Notes under the pieces: model-generated
Told to the model about the DNA's origin: nothing
The model's input: the letters and a program-made list of their open reading frames with translations, nothing else
Databases searched by the model: none
Translations under genes and position numbers: made by a program
Assembly: GCA_964509605.1 (NCBI GenBank)
Contig: CAZDXF010000004.1
Location: 1-52,061 of the forward strand
Direction of reading: 5' to 3'
Origin: an uncultured Candidatus Saccharibacteria bacterium
GTDB lineage: Bacteria > Patescibacteriota > Minisyncoccia > Phycocordibacterales > Zambryskibacteraceae
DNA length: 52,061 nt
In this document: positions 1 to 10,944 of the stretch, in pieces
Numbering within the stretch: the first letter of the stretch is position 1
Layout of the letters: each line of letters opens with the position of its first letter

Positions 1-1250
<1,250 letters not shown>

Positions 1251-1566
1251 GGAAATGTAAAGACCGCATTTCCGCACAATGTGCGGAAATTTTTTTATTC
1301 ATTCTGTTATATGAAATCAATTCACATAACAATTTTTTGCTTTTTTTACTTACCTGCGCTTACCTCCTGCACGAAGACCCTCGTTAGAGAAACGAACAGT
1401 GGTAAGCATTCAATTGTCAACGAACTTCTATATCAACCAATTTTCAACAGAGTTTTTTTAAAAAAAATCCGCTTTCTCAAAGCGGTTCCTAGGTAGCACG
1501 ATTTAAAAGGCGCTTACCGTTTCCGCTTTGAAAGTTGAAAAATATTGGTCATATAGACAGAGGTAT

Positions 1567-1594
1567 AGTATAGCCATATATTAAAGCGTGTCAA
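1567..1594 (-). promoter_or_regulatory. Candidate sigma70-type promoter for the 23S rRNA transcript
   Basis: The minus strand reads TTGACA (1594-1589), a 16-nt spacer, then TATACT (1572-1567), about 320 nt upstream of the mature 23S 5' end. Confidence 0.4.
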
Positions 1595-1633
1595 ATATCT
1601 AAAAGGTTGGAAAAACTGTGGAAAAATAAAGAC

Positions 1634-1666
1634 AAAACCCCTCCCGGCAAGCCGGGAGGGGTTTTG
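1634..1666 (-). terminator. Rho-independent terminator downstream of CDS 1686..2375
   Basis: GC-rich hairpin cccctcccggc/gccgggagggg flanked by A and T runs. Confidence 0.7.
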
Positions 1667-1685
1667 TTGAGTAGAAAGAGACTTT

Positions 1686-2375
1686 TTATTTCCTGTCTGA
1701 CATTTCGTCTCTCATTTTGGCAATAAATTCAGATGCCGCCTGCTGTCCCCCAAGACCGAACGAAAGTCCGATCGCAAGAGAGAGAGCGATTACAAATCCG
1801 GTAAACAAAGTCTGGCTAAATGCTGCTGCTACCCCAAGATGAGTTAGGGCTACAAGAAAAGCAAAAATCCAAATTGACCATCTTGTAATAGCGCCAAGCA
1901 TTGAAGCTGAGCGAATCTCTGCTGCTCTTGCAGAAGCTGAAACAACTCTCTGCATCACATCTCCCAACACACCTCCAACCAAGAGCACCAAAACTGCTAC
2001 GATTACTCTTGGCAAGTAAGTTAGGACTACTTCCCTGAGGAAGAGGTTTACCTGATTGAGTCCCAAAACATCAAAAGATGCTATAAGGAAAACGATTATA
2101 ATAAACCATTTTACGAGACCGCCAACAAAAGCTCCGGAGTTTAAGCTCAAACCTCCGCGATGCATCATTTCATCAGCACCGGTCTTTTTAAGAGCTTCGT
2201 CAACACGGATCGAGCGGAAAAGTTGATGAATTCCTCTGCCTACTATTGTTCCAACGATCCATCCTAAAACAAAAATTATTATTGCAACAATAAGGCTAGG
2301 AACGAATTGCATCACTCCCACCCAAAGATCTTGAAAAGATGCTGTTAATACATCTCTCCATGTGTTAATCATCAT
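1686..2375 (-). CDS. Multi-pass membrane protein, conserved-TM-helix repeat / small mechanosensitive-channel-like
   Basis: 229-aa ORF with several hydrophobic helices and repeated VGG/LGD-type helix motifs. The family assignment is from memory only. Confidence 0.55.
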   Translation of the reverse strand: MMINTWRDVLTASFQDLWVGVMQFVPSLIVAIIIFVLGWIVGTIVGRGIHQLFRSIRVDEALKKTGADEMMHRGGLSLNSGAFVGGLVKWFIIIVFLIASFDVLGLNQVNLFLREVVLTYLPRVIVAVLVLLVGGVLGDVMQRVVSASARAAEIRSASMLGAITRWSIWIFAFLVALTHLGVAAAFSQTLFTGFVIALSLAIGLSFGLGGQQAASEFIAKMRDEMSDRK

Positions 2376-2554
2376 GATATCTAACTGCGGTTAAGACCGC
2401 ATTGCGCAAAGCGCATTAATACTAATAAATGACCTATCGGGTTTCTAATTAAACACAATGTGCCCTGAAAGTATTATACCATTGTGTTTTATGGGTTTTT
2501 GGGGTTAAAAATGTCTTTGTGGATAAGAAAAAACCGGTAAAAACCAGCTTTTTC

Positions 2555-3172
2555 TTATATTCCGAGTTTATTCAATATTTTTTCGTGCGGAGAATCCATT
2601 ATCTCTCTAACAAGTTTGTCATAAAGCCCTAGTCTGTATTGAAAATCTGGTGTTTCAAATATTGCATATCTAATTTCCTTACCCATCTCCGCTTCAATGG
2701 TTTTAATCATTGATTCCATAAGCCCTTTTTTCATCTGATCTCCAACAATTAGAATGTCCACCCTACTTTCCGGCTCTTGTATGAAAACTCCGGAAATTAT
2801 TATGAGTTTTATATTACCCGCCTTTGAAAATTTGCGAACAATATCTTTTGGACCAAGATGATTCATCGTCACCATAAAAGTCTGGAGTGGTATAAGATAC
2901 TCAAAATTTTCATTTAAAATCCACCCTGATGTCTTTATTTTCCTGTGTTCTTTTTTTCCTCTGACCTTTTTTGTTATCTGCTTATAAAAAGTTCTTCTCT
3001 TTAATATTTTGATTTTCTCCAGAACGGATATTTCTCTTCTGGCCTTTGAAGAATTTTCTTTTATCCTGTCTGCGATCTGATTCAAATCAAAAGGAGTGTC
3101 GGCGTTGAAGAGAAAAAGTTTTAGAACCTTTACTTTTACAGCGCTTCCGAAGAGTTTGCTTAGGGTTTCCAT
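2555..3172 (-). CDS. Hypothetical protein with an N-terminal winged-helix-like DNA-binding region
   Basis: 205-aa ORF. The N-terminus (VLKLFLFNADTPFDLNQIADRIKENSSKARREISVLEKIKILK) resembles an ArsR/MarR-type wHTH. Confidence 0.5.
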   Translation of the reverse strand: METLSKLFGSAVKVKVLKLFLFNADTPFDLNQIADRIKENSSKARREISVLEKIKILKRRTFYKQITKKVRGKKEHRKIKTSGWILNENFEYLIPLQTFMVTMNHLGPKDIVRKFSKAGNIKLIIISGVFIQEPESRVDILIVGDQMKKGLMESMIKTIEAEMGKEIRYAIFETPDFQYRLGLYDKLVREIMDSPHEKILNKLGI

Positions 3173-3230
3173 ATCTCAATATTGTACCAAGCCGACCATT
3201 TTCGCAAGGAGTCAAAATTTGTAATTTTTA

Positions 3231-3266
3231 CACCAAAAAATCCGCATTTTTGCGGATTTTTTGGTG
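3231..3266 (-). terminator. Rho-independent terminator after rplL
   Basis: Hairpin caccaaaaaatccgca/tgcggattttttggtg followed by a T run on the minus strand. Confidence 0.7.
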
Positions 3267-3298
3267 TTTTTTCCTATTTTCTGTCTACTAATTACTAA

Positions 3299-3763
3299 TT
3301 ACTTGAAAGCAACTTTACCACCCGCCTCTTCTATCTTCTTCTTCAGCTCTTCTGCTTCCTCTTTTTTCATATCAGTTTTAAGCATTGCAGGAGCGCCGTC
3401 TACAAGATCTTTTGCCTCTTTAAGCCCAAGGCCCAAAACTTCTTTCACAACCTTGATAACTGCAATTTTGTTTGCTCCTCCATCAGCGAGCTCAACATTC
3501 ATTGTGTCTTTTGCTTCCTCCCCTGCTAGAGCTCCGGCAGATGGGCCGGCAACCGCAACAGCGGTAGCAGAAACACCAAATTTATTTTCAAAAACCTTTA
3601 CGAGTTCGTTCAAATCAAGAACGGACATGCCTTCTATTTCTTCAACAATCTTTTTGAATTTAGCAGGAACTTCTACATCAGCAGATTTTTCCTCTTTAAC
3701 TTCAGGAGTCGTTTCAGCTTTTTCTTCCGCTGGAACTGCCTGTGCATTTGTTTCGTCTGTCAT
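3299..3763 (-). CDS. rplL: 50S ribosomal protein L7/L12, with a ~35-aa acidic N-terminal extension if the annotated ATG is used
   Basis: The C-terminal half ([59 protein letters not shown]) and the dimerisation helix ([17 protein letters not shown]) are canonical L12. Confidence 0.9.
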   Translation of the reverse strand: MTDETNAQAVPAEEKAETTPEVKEEKSADVEVPAKFKKIVEEIEGMSVLDLNELVKVFENKFGVSATAVAVAGPSAGALAGEEAKDTMNVELADGGANKIAVIKVVKEVLGLGLKEAKDLVDGAPAMLKTDMKKEEAEELKKKIEEAGGKVAFK

Positions 3764-3855
3764 ATTTTTTAATTAATTTTTAATTTCTAATTTTTAATTT
3801 CCAACCAATGATTCATTAAAAATTCAATGAAAATTTAGAATTGAAAATTGATAAT

Positions 3856-4341
3856 TTATCTTGTCTTCGCTATCTCATTTAATCCGATAACAAAACGCTG
3901 AATCGGACTATTTATGATATTCACAAATTTACCATGGAGCACTGGCAAAGCAGGAATGCTTGCTATCTCCATCATTTCCGACTGATTCATAAACTTACCT
4001 TCAAAAACCCCTCCAACAATTTTTAAATTGTCAGGATTTTTCTTCTGGAATTCGTAGACTTCTCTTGCTGGTGCAATCACATCATCGCCCCACGCAAGAG
4101 CTATTTCGCCAGGAAGCTCCGGCATAGAGCCCTCCAACCCGGTCTTTCCCGCAGACAAATTTATGAGGTTCTTTTTTGCGACAAAATATTTAACCTTTGC
4201 CGATCTCAAAGCTCTTCTCATTTCATTTGCGGTAGCAACAGAGAGGCCGTGGAAGTTTACAAAAACCAAAGATTTTGCTGTTTTGAAAGCGTCGTCTAGT
4301 TTAGCGACAATTTCTTTCTTCTTATCTTTTGTTATTGCCAT
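3856..4341 (-). CDS. rplJ: 50S ribosomal protein L10
   Basis: 161 aa. KKEIVAKLDDAFKTAKSLVFVNFHGLSVATANEMRRALR is typical L10, and the gene lies directly upstream of rplL. Confidence 0.9.
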   Translation of the reverse strand: MAITKDKKKEIVAKLDDAFKTAKSLVFVNFHGLSVATANEMRRALRSAKVKYFVAKKNLINLSAGKTGLEGSMPELPGEIALAWGDDVIAPAREVYEFQKKNPDNLKIVGGVFEGKFMNQSEMMEIASIPALPVLHGKFVNIINSPIQRFVIGLNEIAKTR

Positions 4342-4577
4342 ATTATTTAGCTCTTGGTTTTTAGCTTATAAAATAAAAGGTCCGCCTTTGTGAGCGGAGT
4401 GGAGTTGAGACCCGCAAAACAAAAATTTCGCGAGCTCGACCTCGACAGGATTTATGTCTAGAAATAAATTTTCTCACTGCTGTCAGCTGACAGCTGTATA
4501 CTTATTACTAGTCACCTGTTTTCTCCGGCCTTTTACGCTCTACATACTAATAAAAATACAAACTATGTCAAGAAAGC

Positions 4578-4600
4578 GCCCCCGCACCAAGTGCGGGGGC
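4578..4600 (-). terminator. GC-rich hairpin terminator of the GC-rich cassette gene 4606..4869
   Basis: gcccccgcac-caa-gtgcgggggc, 6 nt after the stop codon. Confidence 0.55.
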
Positions 4601-4605
4601 AATTC

Positions 4606-4869
4606 TTACTCCCACCTCTCCAGATCATCGGAAGAGGCGGATTTTGCTGCATCAAGCAGACTTGCGAGATCGTCGGCAGAGCAACCTGGACAGCGAAGGA
4701 TCGTGATCATGGACAGAGACTTCAAGCCAATTAGGGCCTGCGCTCCCTCCCCCGCTTTGACCCAGTCGGACATGATCGTGGTTCCAGTCTTCTTACAGCG
4801 CCACTTGCCGTCTTCTCCACTCTCAGCATGACTCTCAAGCCATCTGGCCTGAAACTTAAGCAACCACAT
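4606..4869 (-). CDS. Hypothetical 87-aa protein (GC-rich cassette 1)
   Basis: The ORF is preceded by a strong SD (aaggagagctcATG) and followed by a hairpin. Composition is clearly richer in G+C than the flanks. I recognise no family. Confidence 0.5.
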   Translation of the reverse strand: MWLLKFQARWLESHAESGEDGKWRCKKTGTTIMSDWVKAGEGAQALIGLKSLSMITILRCPGCSADDLASLLDAAKSASSDDLERWE

Positions 4870-4942
4870 GAGCTCTCCTTGTCAGGGTTCTAAATAGAAA
4901 TTATCATCAAAAAAATTACTGTCAAATAAAATCAGTTTTTAG

Positions 4943-5113
4943 TTAGTTTTGTTTGGGAGATTGAAAGATTTCCCCATTTACATAAACATCTGTGTCTGGC
5001 TCTGGCGTTTCTTCTATTTTATCCACAAAATATATGGTCACAAAAGTAATTATCAAAATTGCCAAAAAACCGGCTAGAAATTTAAAAAATGTTTTATCAA
5101 AATATTGAAGCAT
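4943..5113 (-). CDS. Possible 56-aa single-pass membrane peptide (below the ORF-track cutoff)
   Basis: Hand translation: MLQYFDKTFFKFLAGFLAILIITFVTIYFVDKIEETPEPDTDVYVNGEIFQSPKQN, with one clear TM helix. Confidence 0.3.
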   Translation of the reverse strand: MLQYFDKTFFKFLAGFLAILIITFVTIYFVDKIEETPEPDTDVYVNGEIFQSPKQN

Positions 5114-5151
5114 TGAAATTATTTTACACCTAAAATATTTTTAACCAAAAC

Positions 5152-5184
5152 AAAACCCCCTCGCCAATGGCGAGGGGGTTTTGT
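5152..5184 (-). terminator. Rho-independent terminator after the surface-protein gene
   Basis: aaaaccccctcgcc-aat-ggcgagggggtttt. Confidence 0.7.
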
Positions 5185-5236
5185 TTATCCGTGTCCCGTT
5201 AAAGCGGGCTTTGGATTTGTCGTATCTCTTACGAGA

Positions 5237-7171
5237 TTACGGCATTGAGACCTCTGAAGTCCTCCAGCTTGTCTTTCCAGACATGAAGGTTGAAGTCTGC
5301 TGAGTTCCTGCGGCTACCCAGTTGATTCTCTCAAGACCGGTTGCATATGAACCAGTTGTGATAAGAGCACCAGCTGTTGTTCTTCCTTCAAAGAGGAATG
5401 AAACAGGGATGTCAACTGAATTACCTTCTTGCAATGTGAAGCTGTTTGTCAAACCTGCTGTTACAACTCCTGAACCAGGAACTGTAATTGAGGTTGTTGA
5501 AGCGCCGCTAGTTGCAGCTGAAGCTCCACCTCTGTAGATGATGAATGAAGGTCCGAGAACAGCGTTTGTAACCATTGGATAGGTTGTAGACGCTGCACTT
5601 CCGAACATAACATCACCTCCTACTGCTTTTACTCTAAGAGTGAATCCTGCTAGAGCAGTTGATGTTGAAACATCACCTCCTCCAATCTGGCTCTTACTCA
5701 TTGTCTTAGACAAGAGTGAGATTTCAGGACCAACATTTCTTACAGTCACAGCTTCTGAAGTTGCAGATCCGCTCGGAGTAACAGTTGAACCTTGTGAGTT
5801 CTCTGCTGTCTGAGATGAACCTGTCATAGCAACTGTGAATGTTGTTGCAGAACCACCAGCATCCTTAATGTCAAGTTTAACAGTAAGGGTCTTTGTGGTA
5901 TCGCGAGCAATTGTCCAGTCAATGTCAGTAAATGTAGCGGTCATTGCTGTAGCAGATGTACCGTTAACAGTAGCTGAACCTATGAGGGTTGAACCGTCAT
6001 AAAGGTAAGCTGTAGTTGATGTAGCTGTTGAAGTATCTCCACCTCTTGTAATAGAGAGAGAAGCGTCTGTTACAGTAACATCATCTTTTTCTGCCTTGAA
6101 CTGAATCATTCCAACTGTGAGCTCATCGTATTCATCCTCATCAGTATTCTGATCAGCAATAACTTCTCTTGCTTCAGGGCTGTTTGTAGCCAATGAAACG
6201 ATCAAAGAAGCATTGTCAACCAATGAACCTGAAATGGTTACGCTGTTTGAGAATGAAGAGCTTGGGCTCTGTTGATCAATTCCTGCTCCGTCAAGTGCGC
6301 GAACGCCGTTTACTGGAAGAGTAATTGTCTTTGAACCCTGATCAGCGGCCTTAACAACATTGAAGACATCGAAGGCAACTGTTAGAACTTTAGTTGTGTT
6401 TTTAGGCACTACCCAGTTAAATCCAGTAACCTGTACAAAGTGGTCTGATCCTTCCTTGAAGACTGTTCCTGAGTTCAAGTCCAATTGAGCAACTACTGTA
6501 GAACCATCCAAGAGGTAAACTCTTGAGAAGATTTTTGTGTAGATTGATGTGTTTGAACCAAGGTTGAGCTTTATTCTCTGAACTGAAAGGTCAGAGTTCT
6601 TAGCTTCAACTTTGAGACCCAAAACTGACTTCATTGTGTCTCCCTCTCTCAAGGTTGCACCTGAGCTAGGTGTTGGGTTCTTTGTAACTGTCAAGATACC
6701 TTCAACTCCAGGAGTGGTGATTCCAGTTCCTGTGCCAGTACCTGTTCCAGTACCAGTGCCTGTTCCAGTTCCCGCCATAGAGTTCATCTTTGCGCGAGAG
6801 ATTGGTCCGAAGTATCCAGCTGCTGGAGCGATACCATTAGCTGCCTGCCATGCTGCAACTGCTGCTTGGGTCAAAGGACCAAAGTAACCGTATGCTACAC
6901 CTGCTGGCATTGTAAGGTAACCACCTGCAACGAGAGCCTGTTGAAGAGCCACAACATCAGCGCCGGTTGAACCAATAGTAAGGTCAACATTGTACATGTG
7001 ACCTCCCATTGAACCGCCAGTCTGACCTGCGAGCTGAGCTTGCAACTGTGCGATAGTTGCGAGCAAGCTATTAATTTGCGCCTGAAGTTCAGCTGTTGTC
7101 TGAGCACCAGCCGGAGCTGCTACTGTAGCCAACATAGCCAAACCGAGAACGCTTGCTAAAACTTTTTTCAT
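5237..7171 (-). CDS. Secreted cell-surface protein: signal peptide, coiled-coil, peptidoglycan-binding-like domain, (GT)8 linker, long beta-rich Thr/Ser/Val region
   Basis: MKKVLASVLGLAMLATVAAPAGA is a signal peptide. GADVVALQQALVAGGYL...GYFGPLTQAAVAAWQAANGI resembles PG_binding_1. I prefer the ATG at 7171 over the GTG at 7201 used by the ORF track. Confidence 0.8.
   Translation of the reverse strand: MKKVLASVLGLAMLATVAAPAGAQTTAELQAQINSLLATIAQLQAQLAGQTGGSMGGHMYNVDLTIGSTGADVVALQQALVAGGYLTMPAGVAYGYFGPLTQAAVAAWQAANGIAPAAGYFGPISRAKMNSMAGTGTGTGTGTGTGTGTGITTPGVEGILTVTKNPTPSSGATLREGDTMKSVLGLKVEAKNSDLSVQRIKLNLGSNTSIYTKIFSRVYLLDGSTVVAQLDLNSGTVFKEGSDHFVQVTGFNWVVPKNTTKVLTVAFDVFNVVKAADQGSKTITLPVNGVRALDGAGIDQQSPSSSFSNSVTISGSLVDNASLIVSLATNSPEAREVIADQNTDEDEYDELTVGMIQFKAEKDDVTVTDASLSITRGGDTSTATSTTAYLYDGSTLIGSATVNGTSATAMTATFTDIDWTIARDTTKTLTVKLDIKDAGGSATTFTVAMTGSSQTAENSQGSTVTPSGSATSEAVTVRNVGPEISLLSKTMSKSQIGGGDVSTSTALAGFTLRVKAVGGDVMFGSAASTTYPMVTNAVLGPSFIIYRGGASAATSGASTTSITVPGSGVVTAGLTNSFTLQEGNSVDIPVSFLFEGRTTAGALITTGSYATGLERINWVAAGTQQTSTFMSGKTSWRTSEVSMP
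6723..6773 (-). repeat. Imperfect hexanucleotide tandem repeat encoding (Gly-Thr)8-Gly
   Basis: ccagttcc tgtgcc agtacc tgttcc agtacc agtgcc tgttcc agttcc on the + strand; the protein reads GTGTGTGTGTGTGTGTG. Confidence 0.85.
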
Positions 7172-7696
7172 AAATGAATAATTTCTTTTAAACGACGCCA
7201 CCCCAATTACTTTTAAGGGTGGAGAGGTGGCGCAGTGCCTCCCTTCCGGGAGGGTGATTAAAAATAAAATTTAATAATAATTTTCTTCTAATAATTTCAT
7301 TCAACTCCCCGCCTCAATTGCTCCGCAAGTTTTAAAAACAAACGAAGACCTCGACACGAGAAGAGAGTTGGTAAGCTTGTGGGAATTAAAGAGTTTCAAC
7401 AATGTCCGTAAAAACAGAGTTCGGTGAGAGCGCTTTTTGAAAGGAGCGCCAGCCTTTTGATCCTATGAAGTTGTCAAGGTCCTGACCATACAGCGGTTCA
7501 GTCTTTTGAGACGAACAGAATATAGAAAGCTTACGCGAATAGGCCGATAGAATACGAGCCAAATCACGCACGAATTCATTATAATGCCTAACTTGCCTCA
7601 GAACAAAAGAACCGTGTGGATAACCTCAAATTGGCCTTCTCAGCCAAATGATTGCTGGTAAGAATATACAAAATATTCACAAAAGTCAAAATTTGA

Positions 7697-8533
7697 TTAG
7701 TTAACCAAGCTGTATTTTGTCCATCGCCTCTCCCCGCTTTTCTTCAAAACACCTTCATCAACAAGGGAAAGGAGCTCTCTTTGTATAGTTTTCTCGCTAC
7801 AATTATCTATTAGACCAACAATGTCTTTTATCATTACCTCTTTTTTCCTTTTTAAAAGGTTGATTATCACGCTTTTTCTCTGATTTTTCTTTACAGACAC
7901 AGAACTAAATTCTTTTAATGGAGCTGGTTTTTTAATCTGCTGAAGTGAAGAAAAAGGTTTTTCTTCTTTCTGGGAAGAAATGTCTTTTACAGCTCCGATT
8001 GAATTTGTCCTTGAGATATTTTCTCTGCTTTCTTCTTTGCCAAAAGAATTTTCTTCTACAAAAAAATCTTTTGAGAAAGATGCACCGTTTTGTTTTGATT
8101 TATTTTCAATATCTTTCAACACCTCTAATGCCAAGTAAAATTCGCGTTTTAAGATAGAAAAGTTCATTGGTGAAATGAGATTTGCAAACATAGCAACTTC
8201 TAAGTGAGAGACAATTTCTAAAACGATTTCTCTTATTTTATCTCCAGAATTGTCTTTTTGAGAAAAAGAAGAGCTTTTGAAAGAGACACTGGTTTCCAAC
8301 AATTTAGAACCTCTTTCTCTAATTTTCCACTTTAAAGATTCTTTATCGTCAAGAAAATTTGTAATTAGATAAATGGCAGATATAAGTTTTTCTACCTTTT
8401 TATGAAACAGAATAAAATTTTTGTCCTTTTTAAAAAAGTTAGATATATCAAAATCTCCCTTAATTAAAGAGTTGTTTGTGTTTTCCTGTGATACCAAGCC
8501 AGCTTCTTTGGCTTTTTGTTCTTTATTGTCCAT
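7697..8533 (-). CDS. Hypothetical protein with a C-terminal winged-helix DNA-binding domain
   Basis: 278 aa. The C-terminus (IKDIVGLIDNCSEKTIQRELLSLVDEGVLKKSGERRWTKYSL) is a DeoR/HTH-like wHTH. Confidence 0.55.
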   Translation of the reverse strand: MDNKEQKAKEAGLVSQENTNNSLIKGDFDISNFFKKDKNFILFHKKVEKLISAIYLITNFLDDKESLKWKIRERGSKLLETSVSFKSSSFSQKDNSGDKIREIVLEIVSHLEVAMFANLISPMNFSILKREFYLALEVLKDIENKSKQNGASFSKDFFVEENSFGKEESRENISRTNSIGAVKDISSQKEEKPFSSLQQIKKPAPLKEFSSVSVKKNQRKSVIINLLKRKKEVMIKDIVGLIDNCSEKTIQRELLSLVDEGVLKKSGERRWTKYSLVN

Positions 8534-8763
8534 AAAGTTTGTCTTTTATAAAAATACCAAATTTATGTGTCTTTTAGTGTCCTTTATACTCGTCCTTTAT
8601 GATATCATGTCCTTTAAAATAAATCAAGTGCCTAAATAAAAAGACAAAATTTTTTGTCCCTTTGTTTAGGACCAGATTTTTAAAGCTAAAAACAAGGGTT
8701 TTTTAACACTTTAAAACATTTGGAAACGGTCTCTGTGATATGATATTCGTATAAAATAAAAAT

Positions 8764-10944
8764 ATGGGCAGAAAAAGTAAAAAATCGGAAAGCCGAGGGT
8801 TGGGAGGTTTTTTTGAGCACTTGAGAGAAGAGACTGTTCAGGGGGTACTGGCAACACTCTTTTTCGTAATAAGCATATTTTTTATACTTTCGGTTTTTGG
8901 TATAGCTGGAGTGGTAGGAAGAATAACTTTTGATTTTTTTCATACCCTTTTTGGTTGGGGATATTTTTTGATACCCGCCCTCTTTTTGGCTCTTTCAATA
9001 TCGTTTTTCAGAGACCTTGAAAAAAGGTTCGCTGGCACTCAAATATTTGGAAGTATTGTTTTATTTTTTTCTTCTCTCGGCTTGATAGAAATATTCACAG
9101 ATAGTAGAGGTGGGGTTATTGGTAGGTGGGTAAGTACTCCTATAATCAAGATGTTTGATGTCTACGCTGGAAGCATAATACTTTTGGCTCTAGTGGTGAT
9201 TTCATTTCTAATTGCGTTTGACGCGACTCTTAGGATTGATCTGCTTCTTTATCTCAAAAAAATACTCAAGAGGAAAGAAAAAGATGAAGAGGTGGAAGTG
9301 AAAGTAAAAGAAGTTGCACAACCTGAAGAGGTGGCTGAGGAGGAGGAAATGGATGAAGAAGGGACTGAAAAACCAAGTCCGATAAAAAAGATTTTGGGAA
9401 AAAAAGACGAAGATTTTATTTCTTATAAAGCAAAAACTCTTTCAATGGGTGAGTTTACCCCTCCCCCACTATCCTTACTTGAGCGAGACAGAGGCACGCC
9501 CGGTGTTGGAGATATAAAAGCAAATGCAAATATTATAAAAAGAACTTTGCAAAATTTTGGCATTGCGGTTGAGATGGATGAAGTTTCTATAGGTCCGTCC
9601 GTTACTCGATACGCTCTGAAACCGGCCGAAGGTGTAAAACTTTCAAAAATTTTAGGACTTCAAAACAACTTGGAGCTTGCTTTGGCGGCTCACCCTGTGA
9701 GAATAGAAGCACCGATACCAGGAAAATCTTTGGTTGGTATTGAAATGCCGAATAGCACTAAAACAACTGTTGGTCTTGGAACGCTTCTCGCTGAAAATGA
9801 GTTCAAATCATCTGATAAAGAGCTTTTGGTGGCGCTCGGAAAAGATATTTCTGGAAATATTAGATTCGCAAATATTGCAAAAATGCCTCACCTTCTGATT
9901 GCTGGAGCGACCGGCTCTGGAAAGTCAGTGACCATACACTCGCTCATCACTTCCCTACTTTTCCGCAATCCGCCAGAAAATTTGAAATTTATAATGATTG
10001 ACCCCAAGAGAGTAGAGCTCACTCTTTACAACAATATTCCCCATCTTTTAACTCCAGTAATAACTGATGCAAAAAAAGCGATCTTGGCGCTCAAGTGGTG
10101 CGCGAAGGAAATGGACAGAAGATACGATGTCTTGGAAGAACACTCTGTAAGAGATATAGACTCGTATCACAAAAACATACTTGAACCGGAACTTAAAAAA
10201 ATGAGAGAAAGTGGAGGAGATCCGGAAGAACTTCCAGAAACAATGCCTTACTTCGTGATAATAATAGACGAACTGGCAGATATAATGCAGGCATACCCAA
10301 GAGAACTTGAATCTGCGATAGTGCGTTTGGCACAGATGAGTAGGGCTGTCGGAATTCATCTTGTTCTTTCTACCCAAAGACCTTCTGTAAATGTCATAAC
10401 CGGCCTTATTAAAGCCAACATCCCTTCTAGAATCGCACTTCAAGTCGCATCTCAAGTGGACTCTAGAACAATTCTTGATATGGCTGGTGCAGAAAAGCTC
10501 TTGGGAGCGGGAGATATGCTATATATGTCTGGAGAAATGTCCAAACCGCAAAGAATCCAGTCTGCCTTTATTTCAGAAAATGAAGTTAAAAAACTCGTCA
10601 AATACCTAACACAAAACTACGAATCTGAAGCTCCATCTGAAATAGATTTTTCACAAGAGAGTTCGAAAAATTCTATATTTGAAAGCAATTTTGAAGATGA
10701 TGACAGTGATGACCTGTACGAAGACGCCAGAGAAGAAGTGATGCGTGCTGGAAAAGCTTCTACTTCGTATCTACAAAGGAAACTTGGTGTTGGATATGCA
10801 AGAGCCGCGAGACTAATGGATATGCTGGAAGAAAGAGGTGTTGTGGGACCTGGGTCTGGCTCAAAACCAAGAGAGGTCTTAATGAAAAATGATTCTGAAA
10901 CAGCGGGAGTAGAGCAAGAAAACAAGGATGAATTACAATCCTAG
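8764..10944 (+). CDS. ftsK: DNA translocase FtsK/SpoIIIE
   Basis: N-terminal TM helices, Walker A (LIAGATGSGKS), Walker B (FVIIIDELADIM), and a C-terminal gamma wHTH (STSYLQRKLGVGYARAARLMDMLEERGVVGP). Confidence 0.92.
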   Translation: MGRKSKKSESRGLGGFFEHLREETVQGVLATLFFVISIFFILSVFGIAGVVGRITFDFFHTLFGWGYFLIPALFLALSISFFRDLEKRFAGTQIFGSIVLFFSSLGLIEIFTDSRGGVIGRWVSTPIIKMFDVYAGSIILLALVVISFLIAFDATLRIDLLLYLKKILKRKEKDEEVEVKVKEVAQPEEVAEEEEMDEEGTEKPSPIKKILGKKDEDFISYKAKTLSMGEFTPPPLSLLERDRGTPGVGDIKANANIIKRTLQNFGIAVEMDEVSIGPSVTRYALKPAEGVKLSKILGLQNNLELALAAHPVRIEAPIPGKSLVGIEMPNSTKTTVGLGTLLAENEFKSSDKELLVALGKDISGNIRFANIAKMPHLLIAGATGSGKSVTIHSLITSLLFRNPPENLKFIMIDPKRVELTLYNNIPHLLTPVITDAKKAILALKWCAKEMDRRYDVLEEHSVRDIDSYHKNILEPELKKMRESGGDPEELPETMPYFVIIIDELADIMQAYPRELESAIVRLAQMSRAVGIHLVLSTQRPSVNVITGLIKANIPSRIALQVASQVDSRTILDMAGAEKLLGAGDMLYMSGEMSKPQRIQSAFISENEVKKLVKYLTQNYESEAPSEIDFSQESSKNSIFESNFEDDDSDDLYEDAREEVMRAGKASTSYLQRKLGVGYARAARLMDMLEERGVVGPGSGSKPREVLMKNDSETAGVEQENKDELQS

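Noticed and set aside
3261-3776. The 171-aa + strand ORF overlapping rplL, and similar antisense ORFs over rplJ, recA, thyA, ileS, metG, glyQS and others.
   Set aside because: These are shadow ORFs opposite strongly supported conserved genes, with low-complexity Ser/Phe-rich translations.
7386-7571. The 61-aa minus-strand ORF in the long non-coding region upstream of the surface-protein gene.
   Set aside because: It has no SD or promoter context and no recognisable features. It is more likely chance within a leader or ncRNA region.
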